DNA from: Lama guanicoe
Taxonomy: Eukaryota
NCBI GenBank assembly: GCA_013239625.1
Contig: MU054187.1
Span: forward strand, 15,764,941-15,828,940
Direction of reading: 5' to 3'
DNA length: 64,000 bases
The notes under the pieces are model-generated. The model searched no databases. It had not been told where the DNA came from and worked only from the letters and a program-made list of their open reading frames with translations. This document shows, one piece after another, positions 25,151-38,910 of the stretch. A program made the translations under genes and the position numbers. Within the stretch, counting starts at the first letter, position 1. Each line of letters starts with the position of its first letter.

Positions 25151-28100
25151 AAAATGGGAGATATTTTGGTCTTTCAAATGACTGAATTAATAACCAAGCA
25201 AAATTCCTATAGCCTTCAATGAATTTATTGAGAGAGAAGGTAATTAGGACCAGAAGATCAAAGTGTAAAAGACTGTAATACTAGTTATCTTAAAGTTTGC
25301 TTGTAGTTTTAAAAGGAAAGTCTAAGTTGGGGTAAGAAAGCATGATGCAGAGAAGTCGTCCTTGTTATAGAGATAAAAGCAGACTTTCTTTAAACACTAG
25401 GTGGAGAGTGGATATTTGAAATAATATTATAATATATAAATGACTTTTTGAGCTAGAAGAATAAAAATGTAGTCCGACCACAATATTTATACATGTGAAG
25501 CTATTGCTAAGAAAATACAAAGGTAAGGAGGAGGGACAAAAAGGTAGCTATTGTATGAAGAGAAACCAGCACTAACTTCCCAGTTCTGAGCTTCAGATGA
25601 TGGTGGACTTTATATTCAAAGGTTATCTAACTGCTAACATTCTTAAAAGAAATACCTGTAAATTTAATAACTATCATTATTTTTGATATAACAAAACATA
25701 TTGTTTCTTTCTCTTGAAATAATGTCCAATTTCTAAAGTAATAAGAAACAAATAAGGCATAATATGAAATCCATAATATTTTCATACAATAGCAGAAGAA
25801 AACACACATGCGTGCATACACACACACACGCACGCGCAGAGTTCTGGGTGAGTGGTAAAATTGAGTTACCTGAATTATTACGTTTACATTTGGTAACATC
25901 TCTGACTGGAGTAATAGGTGGTCAGACCCGGCACACATGAAAATTAAAAAAAAAAAAAAAGCTAAATACCAGCCTGGATATGCTTGTGATATGCTAAAAA
26001 TGAATTTCAAGCACTAAAAGGACCACAGCAGAGGAAAGTATCAAAAAACTGCCAAGTCTGAGATTTAGAAATGTCACTCACTGACGCTATTTCCAAACAG
26101 AAAGCTTTTATTCTTACGGCAGGTTTTCACAGCTTCACAGATAAGCGTGCGTCAGGTGTCTGCACACTGCTTTTTGGCAGGTATTTTCTAAAACAGGGAA
26201 GTCAGCGTGCATGAGGAAAGAAGGAGTTAACGGGTTAAAAACTGTCTAAATGTTACTCCAGTAAAATTACAGCTTGTTGTTTAGATGAATACTCTCCACT
26301 TCTCGTGTAGCTTTAAATTATGGACAAATGCTCGCAATTGTGAACTCCCTACATTGCGGCTGCCCGTTCCCAGGATTCATCAACCAGGGCTGTCCAATGG
26401 GATTACTGTAAGCCTTCACGGCAGTCTGCCAGCCACTGATGAGAAACTCATAGCCCTGGATGTTAGATTGCTCTCTTTATTCCATCCTTCTGAAGGCCGT
26501 GATTGCTGTCCTGGTGTTAGGTTCGAAATTAGCATTTTGTGGCCCAAATTTTGCCATCCAGAACACATTCAGGAAAAAAAAATTCAGAGAATAGTAATTT
26601 TCCTGTCAGAAAAGAAACTCAGGGCTACCATGATACAGACATCTACAAAACTCAGGTCAGGAAACGCTGTGTGGTCCTGGTTGGCAAAGCTAATAATGCA
26701 GGGGATGGCGTTTCACTATTGTCACAGGCCTCTGCTTAGGAACCAGTGGTTTTTGTTTTATAGAACTAAGACTGACCGAGGGAAATATGATGTGTCCTTA
26801 AAAAATGTTAAAATAAAAAAAAATCTTGGTTTTCAGCAGTAAATTTTTAAAAATCTGAATTAATCACAAAAGTTTGGTTAGAGCTAGGGCAAAAATCTAA
26901 TTTTTGGAATTGTTTCAGTTCTTCTATCTGGAAGCAATGACAGTATAATATGCGCTCTCTTGCTATAGTGTTTTTGATAAATATGTCTGAGTAAACTATG
27001 AGAAGATGAAAGATAAAGGAGTTATGAAATATAAAGTGGTAAATATCATTAATTTTGTTTGTGTGTACCCCTTAAATCGTTGTGACAAAATGACCAAAGT
27101 AATGCTATTACAGCAAACAATGTTTCTGTAAATGTCCTTGCATTAATATTTTCTCTTTATCCTTTATTTGCTTATTGTACCTGTGTACTTACTAAACCTT
27201 TATTAAATAACTACTGCCTTTTCAGTTTTGTGTGACCCTGTACGGTGGTTAGGACTTACATGTAATTTAATTTCTACTCTTTACAGTGGAGATTAATTAC
27301 TGCAGAAAAAGGAAAGTGATTTGAATTTTAGTAAGAAAAAAATGATATAGTTCCCTTATCTTCTGATTCTTCGGAGGCTGTCCACAGACATGCTAATTTT
27401 TCCTGTCGTTAACAGTGAGCCAGCAAGAAGAAATCTGACATGTGAGGTGCACAGATTCTGTTAGGAGCCTTGATATTTATCCACCCAAGCTTATCCGTCA
27501 TCTTTAATCATGCAAAAGGCAGAATTACTTAATCATTTCATTTTATTGAAAAGAAAAGGAAAGATTTACATTAAAATGATGACATGCAAGAAGAAAAATA
27601 AATTGAAAATGATTATGAGGAGAAGGTAATGCAGAGACTAAAGCTCCATTGGTTTTGTGATGCTCATTTAAAGCAATGATCTAGTAAAACCAAGACATAA
27701 AAGCGACGATGATGTTAGCTGTTGGGGTATAACCATTTTATCTTTGCATTCCTGCATTCTCAGAAAATTATGTGGGGAAGCGAAGACGCATAATTAAACA
27801 TTGGACCTAATTATCCACCCCAGCCCATTTTAATCCCCATTTGAATTATATTCTAATGATAATCTTATAGAAAGGACCCTGACCCCCAAATTTAAATTCA
27901 ACACCTTGAAGCTCTTCATACAAAACACTTGTTTTAATTTCAACAGCACACGATAAGCCAAATCACTCAGATTCCAAGAATTATCAAGTTCAGCTTCTAT
28001 ATACAAATGCAAGCTTATTTTTCTCAAGCAGCATGTTCTTTTTGGTCTTAATATATTTCATCAGTGTTCTTTACTCTTACGGACAATGCCATGTTTTACA

Positions 28101-30013
28101 TAAGCAAAATCTCTTATGCACTGCTTTATATTACAGAGTTGTTTTAAGGATATTTCAAAACAATTGTTGGAGATGTTTCCTACTTTAGCCCATCCTTTCA
28201 ATTTTGTGTTGTTTCTATTTTTCCAGTTGAAAAACAGTAACTGGTTATACCAAAGATAAGGAATTTTTAGAAGTTTGTGAAGATATTAATTGATAATAAT
28301 TTTTAAAGTTTTCTTTTTAACATGTATAAAACAAAGATTTTGGAAACTATATTCAAGTCTTGTCCAATATCTTTTCTTGGCTTTAAAATATATATTGTCT
28401 TATAAAATTGAGTTAAAATATTTCTGAAAACAGTCTATACTGGAATGGAATTGTATTTAAAACAATCAATTATGTCAAACGAGAAGAGGGGTTATACACA
28501 AGGGTGCTGAAATGTAGAAAAAAAGTACTTTGAGCCTTCTAAGACCAAATGATAACTGTATTTGTTCTTTTAACCTTGAAAATATAGTTGTTTAACACCT
28601 ACTATGTGCCAATAATTCTGCTAGCTATCAGGAACAAAATTCCTGGTCTATAAGATACTGCATTACATTTTTACTGATAGCATAAATTATTTAAGCATCA
28701 AAAAAAAAAGAAAAGGAAAAAGGATACTCTCTGCTCTCCTAGATATGTAATTGGCCGTATTTTTACTAAACTTGAATCTTCTGAACATATACCCAGCTAT
28801 ATAAGCACTAAGTCAGTCATTTAAAATAATTCAGTATTTCAGCATATTCAGAATTTCTATAGCATTCATAGTTTACTTTTAATTTAAACAGCACAATTTG
28901 AAGTGATTCAAGAATATGCTGTCCTACATATACAATCAACAAAATATCTCAGTGCAATTGAATATAAAAATTAAAAAGTATAATTGAAAGATTGAATACT
29001 TTTTACACTTGTTATAAAGATTATATGCAAGTTTCAGTAGTTATAATTTTGAAAAACATATAATCTATATGATTAGGCTTTAGACATACATGATTTATAA
29101 TATCTTCCCTAAGCACTGAGAAGAATATATTAAAAATCAACCATTCTTTTGATTATCTAAAGCATTTTAAAATTCTAGACTCTATAAATAACAGTTTATA
29201 TCATAATCCATTTGAGGATGTAAATAAAATTCTGATTTCCTTTTCTTTTCTTTTATTTCATTGATGATTTTGCTGCTGGGAAATTCATAACTTCCCTTTA
29301 CATCTTTAGATAACTTCATCATTTACAAACCCTATGCCTTTCATAAATAGTCCTTAAGAATTAATTTTAATTCTTAATTTTAATTAAGCATTTTAATTTT
29401 ACACATGTTAAAAATGTAGTTATATTAAAAAAGATATTCACATATGTTATTGAAAATAGGTATTTGGTTTTAATTATATATATATATATATATTTACTGT
29501 GAATTTTGAACTTTATTGCAAAATAGAAACAGTGAAATAAAAATGTGCAAACTCCTGAAATTTACATGAATAGAAATTAATAATATGAACAATTTTTGAA
29601 AATAAATTAACAATTTTAGACAGTAAAGGAAATTTGATTTTCTTTTTCCAATGGTCTATTTTAAATATATTTTCTCACTTTGATGAAGTCAAAGTCTGTT
29701 ATTTATACTTGATAATGATTAAAATACAAATTTCTGCTATATACTACTTTAATGTTGCTATTCAAAGACAGAAAAAAATTCAAGCTTAACTTACTTTTAT
29801 ATTGGTTTTTGACCATTGTGTACTTAAACCTTCAAAAGAAATTATCTCCTTTAAGTGCAGTTTTCCTGAAGGCATTCATATATTTAAGTTACATGAAATT
29901 ATCTACTTCTTTAAAATAAAAATGAAAACTTAGGGTAGCAGACAAAAGTCAGTAAAATAATTGCAGTATTAAGTACTAAAGGAGTGATAAAAGATAGGGT
30001 TACTTCAATTTTC

Positions 30014-30031
30014 TAGCAATAGGTGGCGCTG
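30014..30031 (+). promoter_or_regulatory. Candidate CTCF site
   Basis: TAGCAATAGGTGGCGCTG versus the CTCF core CCASYAGRKGGCRC. CpG retained in AT-rich surroundings. Confidence 0.5.
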
Positions 30032-31054
30032 TTACCTAAATACTCATTTGAATTAACAGTGCAAATGGCGTCTGTGTATATAATTTCATGTGTGTAAACA
30101 AATGAGAAGACACATGTAAACTTAAAAAATTCTAGGGATACTTTGCATCATTATTACTTAGTATTATTTTATGTATACAGCCAGCAGTGTGTCAAATAGT
30201 AGAAATGAAGGTTAAAATGTTTGACCATAAATATGATTAAATAGGTAGTCATTCAGTAGAATCCATGAAAATGTTGACTTTTTAATACTAATAAAGATAA
30301 ACCACTTAATATTTTTCTTGAGAAATTTTCCTTTTAATTTCTCATCCTATAGAACTTAGTATTGGAAATTTTCAGGTGCTCTGAAAACCAAACAATAATG
30401 AAATATGCTTAAGTGGATTAATAAAATTTATTCTATACTGCCATAACTCTCCTGGCATTGTTTTGTGTAGTGGTATAAATAAGAAGGCTACCTTATGATG
30501 TACATATATGTTAAAAATAGTGATTCTTGACAATATGCAACCCATTAGGCTGACAGTACAAAAATGGAATTCTTTCACCACTGCCAACACAGTCGTGGTT
30601 TACAACTGAAAGAGAAAAGCAAAGGAATAAAATAGGCCATGGATGTGTTCACAGTGTTTATATGTAAGTGAGAATAGCAATAAAGACTGAGACCTGACTA
30701 AAATACACAGCACCTCTGTAAAAGTTGGATATGTTGACCCAAGGCAGGCAGACTGCAATAAGGCAATTCCTCCCTCTGGGCAGACACAGCCTGTCACCAG
30801 GGCAAGACTTGTAAAGTTGCATGCATCCCCCATGCCCCCTGCCACCTTGGCTACGTGGCCAGTGCAAGCCACAGTCTGATCCAAGCCTTGCAAATTGATT
30901 AACGTTACACCAACTAATGGCCAAATTCCTTCTTTCAGAATGCTCAATAAGGAAGACCAAACATAGGATTTTATGGTCTTTCTGACTATTCTGTCTTGTG
31001 CTAAGACAGTTTCTACTATCTTAAGTGAAACCCCAGCACTGGGGTAGACAGTGT

Positions 31055-31462
31055 GATGCATGAGGCAAAGCCCCTTCAGAAAGGAAGGACCTACTTCCTT
31101 AACTGCAGCAAATGTCTCCTGAGACAGATCTCAGCCATCAGCCCCCAGAAGTGTCTGGCCCAAGGTCACATTCTGTGTCTGGGAACAGCCACACCTGATG
31201 AAAAACATAGGGAAATCTTAGCCCCAGCTTGAGACAACTATTAACAGGTCATCCTGTCTCCATCCTAGCTCCAGAACTTTCCATACATATGGCTGAGACC
31301 TTCGTGGGGTCTGTGCCACAGCTCAGCTTCTCCCCCTGCCTCTCTGTCAGCTGACTTCTCACTGTCACAGAGGATGAGCCCTCGGGCATTAGCTGATACC
31401 CGTCTTGCACACTAATCTTCATCTCCAAGCCTGCTTCCTGGGGAATCCAGTCTGTGCCCTGA
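31055..31462 (+). mobile_element. ERVL LTR16-family solo LTR
   Basis: 'ctagctccagaact', 'cagctcagcttctccccctgcc', and the 3' end 'ttgcacactaatcttcatctccaagcctgcttcctggggaatcc'. Confidence 0.75.
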
Positions 31463-33199
31463 ACTAAGGTAGGATACAAACTGAACTAGAGTCAAGAGGG
31501 TCTTGTAATATAAAGTTCTCTTCTCTGTGCTGTACAGCCAGAAGCTAGATCACAACCTGGGTAAGACATTTCACAAATGAGTTTTTGACTATCAAAATGA
31601 TCTCAAGTGAGAAAAAAAAATCAAAACTTTTCTATCAGCAATGAAAACTTCTTGGTACTAGAATGATTGAATTTTCAATGAATGTTTGAATTGAAATTAT
31701 ACTGGCTAGATACAGTTCAACAGTATAATTTTATCCATGTTTGTTGCATTCCATCCATGTGCCAGGCTCTAGGGAGGGACACAAAGTTAACTAAGACATG
31801 GTCTCTCCTCTCAAGGAGCTACTAGATCAGCAGTATTTCCAGTCTGTTCACAACCCATTTATTCTCTGTTATTTAAGGAGATTCTGATACTTATTGTATG
31901 GAGCAAAACTTTTTCCAAGCGTAGAACATTTTTCATGAGATATAAACCAAGTCATACGGGGTAATTTGGATTTTTTTTATAAAAGAATTTTCTGTTTAAA
32001 CAATTGAATTGTACTGTAATTATTTCTTCATCAGGTCAAATGCATTTCAATTGAATGCCATAGATATTTATTGACTTTTTTTAAAAAAGAAAGAATTATT
32101 ATAAAGAATTTTCATGGTGGCTTTAAGCAATTAACACCTTTTTTAGAGCAAAAAAGGATCTTATTTATTTATATAATTCTGCTGTAATAAAAACATGTGA
32201 TCTACCGCTGCCTCCGCCCTCACCCAGGGTATCCTTCTCCCTGTGGCCAGGTGGAAATGGAGTCTAAAAATGGGTCCTTAGTAACAGGACTCCAAGGAGT
32301 TATCAATTAACCAAAGTTGACACTGGACCCTCTTTGCTATCCAAAGCTGGTCAAATTATAACACTTTAATTGTAGAAGGTGCTAAACTGAGATTTCGAAA
32401 ATGAAAACCCTTGCTTAGAAAAAGAGCATGACTGGTTTTGGTGTCCTGATCTTCCAGTCTGTTTCCCTTTTGTATCACTCTCTGGGCAAACAGTTGTGTG
32501 GCTGTGCTAGCAAACTTCTTTTTCAGTGACTATGAGTTTACAGATTAATGTGCATTGTACTCTGCTCCTGGATATATATTGTTGAAGCCAAATTGTTTGG
32601 CTTCCACATCACTGTATTCCGTATTGTGCTCTTTAGTCGTGTGGAGTCTACAATAAAATTCAAGTGCATAGATTGATTAAGGTAGCCTTTTCCTAATTTC
32701 TGGTAATAGTGAGCTGATTATCAAAAGCCAGTAGCCAGTTTCAAGCTTTTGTCAGATGTTGGCATGAAGTATTATGAAAGTTTCTAATGATTTAAATTTA
32801 AAACAGACCGAAGAGACCTCAAGTATCACAGTTGTATGGCTGAGACCTTCTTAACCTTTTTTATTACAAACCATATCTATCTTTTGGGCTAGAGAAAATA
32901 ATCTGTAAGAGTGGGCCTTGACCTCTATTTCACCTTGCCACATTTTGCAGTGGAATATGTCTGATGGTAATGCCAATCACTAGTGTGGTTGTACTCAGTT
33001 CATGAAGTTCATTTTGCAGAGGCATGATGCTTGGCAAGGCAAAGCAAACAAACAAGCTTCAACATCTTCCAATCACTACAAGTGGAAATTTTAAATCTAC
33101 AAATTAGAGCAATGAGATACGATACAATATGAAAAAAGGTAGTCCAGAAGATGCAGAGCCATGACAATACCAGTAGGTGAAGAGAATTTGAAAATAGTC

Positions 33200-33420
33200 A
33201 TAGCTCTCCATAACTGATGTTATAAGTACCAGGTACAATTTTAAGTGCTTTATCGGTACTTTTCTATGCTAATATGCTCTATGATTTTTTTACACGTGAT
33301 TGGAAGATGAAGTAACTGAGGAGCAGAGAAGTCAAGTGACTTACCAATGAGCCCAATACTGGGAGAGATGAGATTCAAATATCCACGCAGTCTAACTTCC
33401 AACTGGGGCCTCTGTGATAT
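33200..33420 (-). mobile_element. MIR
   Basis: 'agatgaagtaactgaggagcagagaagtcaagtgactt...gagattcaaat...cagtctaacttcca'. Confidence 0.8.
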
Positions 33421-33574
33421 GGTACTGTAGCTGCCTCTTGGGAATTTCAAGTAAATATCAATGACGAATATGCACAAATTATTTATATGAGGCAATTTTA
33501 CTTCTTCCTTTAAAAAGCAACAGTGTTATCTAAAACAAATCTACAAAGACAAGCAGTTTGCCAAGTCATAGCAT

Positions 33575-33755
33575 TGAAGGTAGCAGCTGCAGAATTCTGC
33601 GGCTGGGCTCCAGAGCTGTATTGAACCCCTGAAATCCCACGCAAAGTGCTGCGTGCATGTGCGTGTGGATGGGTTCTGTGAGAAATGGGTTCACAGGATT
33701 CATAACCATTTCAAAGAGGTCAGATTAGTGACACAAAAACTTTTACAATGACTTC
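33575..33755. mobile_element. MER117-like hAT DNA transposon remnant
   Basis: 'tgaacccctgaaatcccacgcaaag...gggttcacaggattcat...tcaaagaggtc...gtgacacaaaaa'. Confidence 0.6.
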
Positions 33756-35424
33756 CTTAATATGTCATTTAACTCTAGTCACAAACATATAGGTGTATGT
33801 ATACCTACACATACATGAGTGTGTGTATATGCAATAGCTGTCTCTGTATATAAATGCACATGTATATTCACGAATGTTTGCAAACATACACACAGCACCC
33901 TTGTAAACGTTATTTTGCACATTTTTAGTGGGAGATAACGTTGCATTATACTCTGAGTAACTCTTTAACCTTCCTTTCATCCCACAAAGGGATCTCAAAA
34001 GGCTATGTCAGTGCAAATCATTTCTCCAGAAATATTTTCATTTAGTTTTCTTTAAAGACTTTGTCTCTTAAAGGAACTTGAAAACTGTGATCACCTGTTG
34101 ACTTGGGCAAAATTCTACTGAAGCAAAGGGGGAGTTTGTCTGCGTGGTGTGGTTTACACTTTCTGTATGCATACATAATAAGGACAACCTTTGAAAAGTT
34201 TGGTTCTAAATGTCAAGAACCAAAAAGAACTCTATCATGTGTGTTATTAATATGTTTCACTATCTAAAAGAATATTCCATCATGTCGTAGGAATGTCACA
34301 TTACCATAATTTTCTTATATCAAACGCATGCATTTAGCAAGTACATTATGATAGTGTCTGCCCTGAAAGAAGAAAATCCGTTTTGTGCTAAGCTTCGTGA
34401 TGCGCCAGCGCCAATCTACTTGAAAACTAGATCAATATTTTAGAAGTAATTTTTGTATCCTTTGTTTAACATTTCAATACATTTAAATAAACTGGCTTTG
34501 TGTCCACAGACTACAAAGTAAAATAGAATTGGGCAATAGTCTTGTTAGTAGGATCATACAGACACAAACTTAAGTGGAAAAAGTTGCATCTTTCTGTCTT
34601 TACTACTTGTTAATTTGTGTATATTGTCCAAATTGTCAAATAAATACCAGATCTGTATTTAATCTTTGGTTCTGTAGTAGAACAGTCATTGTATGATTTT
34701 TGCATGCTTATACATCAAATATAATTTATTATAGGAATTATTCTGAGATGTAAATACAGCAGAAGGAAGAATATTTGTCAGTCAAAGAAAGTAAAACCAG
34801 GAAATTTCTACTGGATTATTATAATTTTTTAACTTGAATTTTAAAATCTAGAAACCTATTGAATATATGAGTATAAATTATAAGTGGGATACATAAAATT
34901 GCCAATATTTGACCATTTGGGGTTTTCAGTTTTCACATGGTTCAAGTTAAAATATCAAGGGGTAATAATGCTATAGCTAACCAATGACATATTCATAAAT
35001 GTAGCTTTTCTTTGGAAATCAATATAGTATTTATTTCAGTTACATACTTTACAACTGTGGTTACAATTTTAGTTCTTCTGCCTCACATCTGAAAGCATGT
35101 ATTGCCTATTTAAAGTTGATAATCATATTTTCATTATCCAGAGCTAGCGTGCATACTTAGTACACTAACTCTGCAAAATTGTAGATGCTGTCATAAATCA
35201 TCTGTTGTCTTAGGTAGCAGTCAGTATTCCAGGAGAGACCAGAATTTTGTTAGACTTCCACGGGCATCTCTTTGTTCAGAGGCTTGTTTGTTTGGCATTG
35301 TTCTTCATGCTCATCAAATGACACATATTAAAAATTGCTCTGTGCTGACTGTGACGCTGGTTGGCACATCTCTTTGCACGTCTTCTTCCCTTGAGTTTAC
35401 AACTTGTCATCTGGTACTTTCACG

Positions 35425-35444
35425 TAGCGCCCCTCTGCTGGCCA
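35425..35444 (-). promoter_or_regulatory. Candidate CTCF site with one extra base
   Basis: Minus strand reads TGGCCAGCAGAGGGGCGCTA, the consensus plus one additional G. Confidence 0.4.
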
Positions 35445-35479
35445 TAAAAGATGTGTACTTTTAGACACTGCTTCTCTCT

Positions 35480-36320
35480 TACACCCCAGGCTTTATTTCT
35501 AAATTTCATGCATATGTATCATTGAATGTCTTTTTTTGAAGACTGAATTCATGTTTACCTCTAAAATGGCTTTCCAAAGCTGGCTTTTAAAGAGCTGTAT
35601 CATCTTCCCAACTCAAAAGAGCCGTAGGATTATCTTTGACTCCACCTGTTTCTTCTGCTTAGTTAATAAATGAAATTAGTGCCTATCATTTCTTCAAAAG
35701 AGCTCATCTTTCTCTTCCCACTGCTACTCGGTTGGTTCTGGAAGTGACCACTGTGCACTAGAACCTACTGCAACAGCCCCCAGCCATCCTTTATACCATC
35801 ACCAGATAAATGAACCTATTGCCATCCAGTTCCAAAATATTTCATGGCTCCTAACTGTTTCCCAAATGAAGGTGAGATGATCTGCCTTGTTATTTATGGT
35901 CCTGAATAATTTGAACTCTGCATTCCTTCCAGCCCTGCCCCAACCTCTCTCTTAAATTACCTTCTCTAGTAAAAATTTTACTCATGATGGTCCCTCTGCT
36001 CATCCATCTCATTACTTGCACTTGTAATAGTGTATGCACTAGAATGTTCTTTTCCCAGCCTACCTACCAGCTGTACTTTTTTCAACTGACCTAACAGTTA
36101 TTCCCTAATTCTTTGAAGACATTACTTTGTATAGCCTTTAGATAATCTTTCTATTAGTACCTTGAATTATAAACCATAAATTTATTAGTTACTTCTCATG
36201 TTTTCTTTCCCCAACTAGATGATGAACTTCTTGAAGGTAAATTATTACCTAGCATTTTCACTCTTTCACTGCATCTTAATGCTGAGCATAATTCCAGATG
36301 CTTAATGTATGTTTCAAAAA
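35480..36320 (+). mobile_element. Degraded L2
   Basis: 'attatctttgactcc', 'tctcttcccactgctact', 'ccaactagatgatgaacttcttgaagg...gatgcttaatgtatgtt'. Confidence 0.65.
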
Positions 36321-38559
36321 TAGTTTTCAATTTTATAGAGTATGAAATATTAAACAACAACTGCCCGGTTTTGTTTTCTAGAAAAAAAATCAGAAAGAGC
36401 ATGGTAAGTTTAGAAATTGTAAGGAGAACTGCCTGCATGGAGCAGAGGATGCATCTGAAAAAAGGTTACATCATCAAACAGGGTCAAAGAGCAGGATGCA
36501 GAGAGCAGAGCACAGCTGCCAGCAGAGGTGAATGGCAGAGGGGTGAGAGGGAGGTAGCTTCTGATTAGGAATATTTAAAAAGAGCTTAGCAGAGACCCAA
36601 ATGAAAGTTTGTGAATGTCTGGTTTTACAATCGTATTTCCAACTCATTTAAAGACTATTTCTTTTTAAGTATAGAGTCTGATTTCTCACTCTTTTTTCAT
36701 TTATAAATGCTATTAAATCTGATATGGTGCTTAATGCTTTTACAATTTAAATAGGATCAGTTAGGAACTATGGCAGAGAGAAAGTTGAAACCGCGTAGAA
36801 AACTGTACTGGGAAAATCAGCCTAATCTACTGGCAGCCAATGCGCACAACTCAATGTGATGACAAATTTATATAAGATTAGGGGGCGTAACACCCACAGG
36901 AGGTAAATCCACCGGGCAAGGCATGAAAGCAGGAGGCCTAAGCTGAAATTTGGTGTTAGTACTACTTATGGTAATAATGGCTGAAATGATAAAAATAGCA
37001 AGGGGGCGATGGTGGCAATATGTTGGTGAAGTACTGTGATTCTGGATTATATTAATTAGTAGAGAGTAAATTAAGGAATTCAAGGTAAAATGTTGGTTCT
37101 TTAAGATTTGGTCAAACAGTACAAGGTAGGAACTGCTGTACCGTTAATTCCAAATAAACACCCTTGAGTCACAGCCTTCACTGTAATAATGAATCTTGCT
37201 GCCCCAAATCATTGGGGGAATACTGTGTGGTATAAGTAAATAAAAATGAAAATGCTGTAAAATTTCTGACTTGTGCTAGTCGATGCTGGCTCTGACGTAT
37301 GGTGATCAACATTAACCCGGTGCCATTTTGTTCAATAGGGTGTTTCCTAAAGTAATGCAATGCCTTGGCCCTGGCTGGGCCTGGCTGTACCCAAGCACAT
37401 CGCTTACTCATCCAATGAAAGTGTCAAATGTCAGTTTATCATTTCATTTGAGCAAGATCAAATTGCATAGAAAAAATTTGTCTGCATTTTTGGATTCTAG
37501 TAAAATAGCTTTATTATTATAAATTTTAAATTGCTGTAAATTAAAATTCGTGGAAATAGAGTGCATGTCTGTGTTTTCTGAAATAAATGAAGCTAAACAA
37601 GCACCAATAATAAATAAAACCAACAGAGCACTAAGTCACAGTGTCTTGTCAAAAGAGCAATGATCTACCATTTACTTAGAATTTTTTCATATTGACAGCT
37701 TAATAATCACAGTTGATTATATGTATAGATTTAATTTGATTATGTCAGATGGCAACTTTTAAAAATCTTAACCGTGAGGAGAAAGTTAAAATGCATTCTG
37801 GGAAATGCTATTTATAATTAAAGATAATAATTTGACACCTTAGAATTCATTTTTGTGTTTGGCTAAAAATAAATTGTTTTCAGTTTTTTCTTTTTTTTCC
37901 CCTGAAATTATGAGATCTTCCAAAACTATGCTGTCAATAAGATCAGATACAATAATAATAATAAAAAAAGAAACTTGTCACTTAAGTCCCAACACATTCT
38001 GTAAATGACTTTGATGGTTTATATGGAAATTTGTCAGGCAAGTAGGAAAAAAAAAACATGTTTAAATGTGGAGAACAGTATTGGAGTTTTCTGTTAACAT
38101 TACCCTTAATGCTGCCGGAGAATTTACTGACAAGTACAGATCTTTGCCTTGCAACTGTAAGTTAGTTAATATTGTAAAAAGTCCTCAAGAGACAATTAAT
38201 GGCTTTTTCCTCTTTATAGCCTAGGAATCTAGCACAGGATCTGGTTCAAACGGATTCATGCTGGTTCTGTGGTTAATGAATAGACGATGTTTTTATGAAA
38301 GAAAACTGGGGGTTGGACAAGGGAAGTGGATCGCACAAGTCTCTGAAACTGCTAAGTGGCCGAGTCAGTGACAGAACAACTGTGATCTGTCCCACGGAGC
38401 ACGGAAACTCCCATTCATCTGGGGTGCTGTCCTGGTCGTCTCTGTCTCTCTCGTGCAGCATCTGGATCGCGTCTTCTCCCTCCTCGACCCTACTTTTTTT
38501 TCCCCTAGGCTATGATACCTGTTTTACATCACCTAGTCACCCTCACCTACTGACTTCTG

Positions 38560-38910
38560 GTTGTTTCAGTGAATGGGAAGAGCCAGCAGGAGATGGGCGA
38601 GTGGCAGAGAAGATGGGGAGACGTGTGTGTAGTTTTATTTCTCTGTGCTTCCTTCCCGCTGGGTGCTGCAGTTTTGTTACCGGGTCTCTCCATGACCACA
38701 GGGCTACTGTGCCTCTTGAACAGCTCCTCCTCGTGCCTTCAGTTCCCGCTGGGTTCCAGTAACTCTGTTTTCTCCCCCTGCCTTTTCAGGACTGGACTGG
38801 CCTCAGCAGCACCTCTTTGTCCTCTTAAACCCCATCTTTCCTCTGGTAATAGATCCTTCTTTAAAATTGCTTCCAGTAACTGAATTGTAGTCTCTTTCCT
38901 ACCAGGAAAC
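38560..38910 (+). mobile_element. ERVL LTR33/LTR16-like LTR remnant
   Basis: 'gccagcaggagatggg', 'gggttccagtaac...ttctccccctgccttttcagg', end 'tctttcctaccagga'. Confidence 0.6.

Noticed and set aside
26285..26842. 185-aa ORF as a CDS
   Set aside because: No recognisable domain, exon structure or coding-like composition.
38421..38445. REST/NRSE site (GGTGCTGTCC)
   Set aside because: Only one half-site matches and the other half is degenerate.
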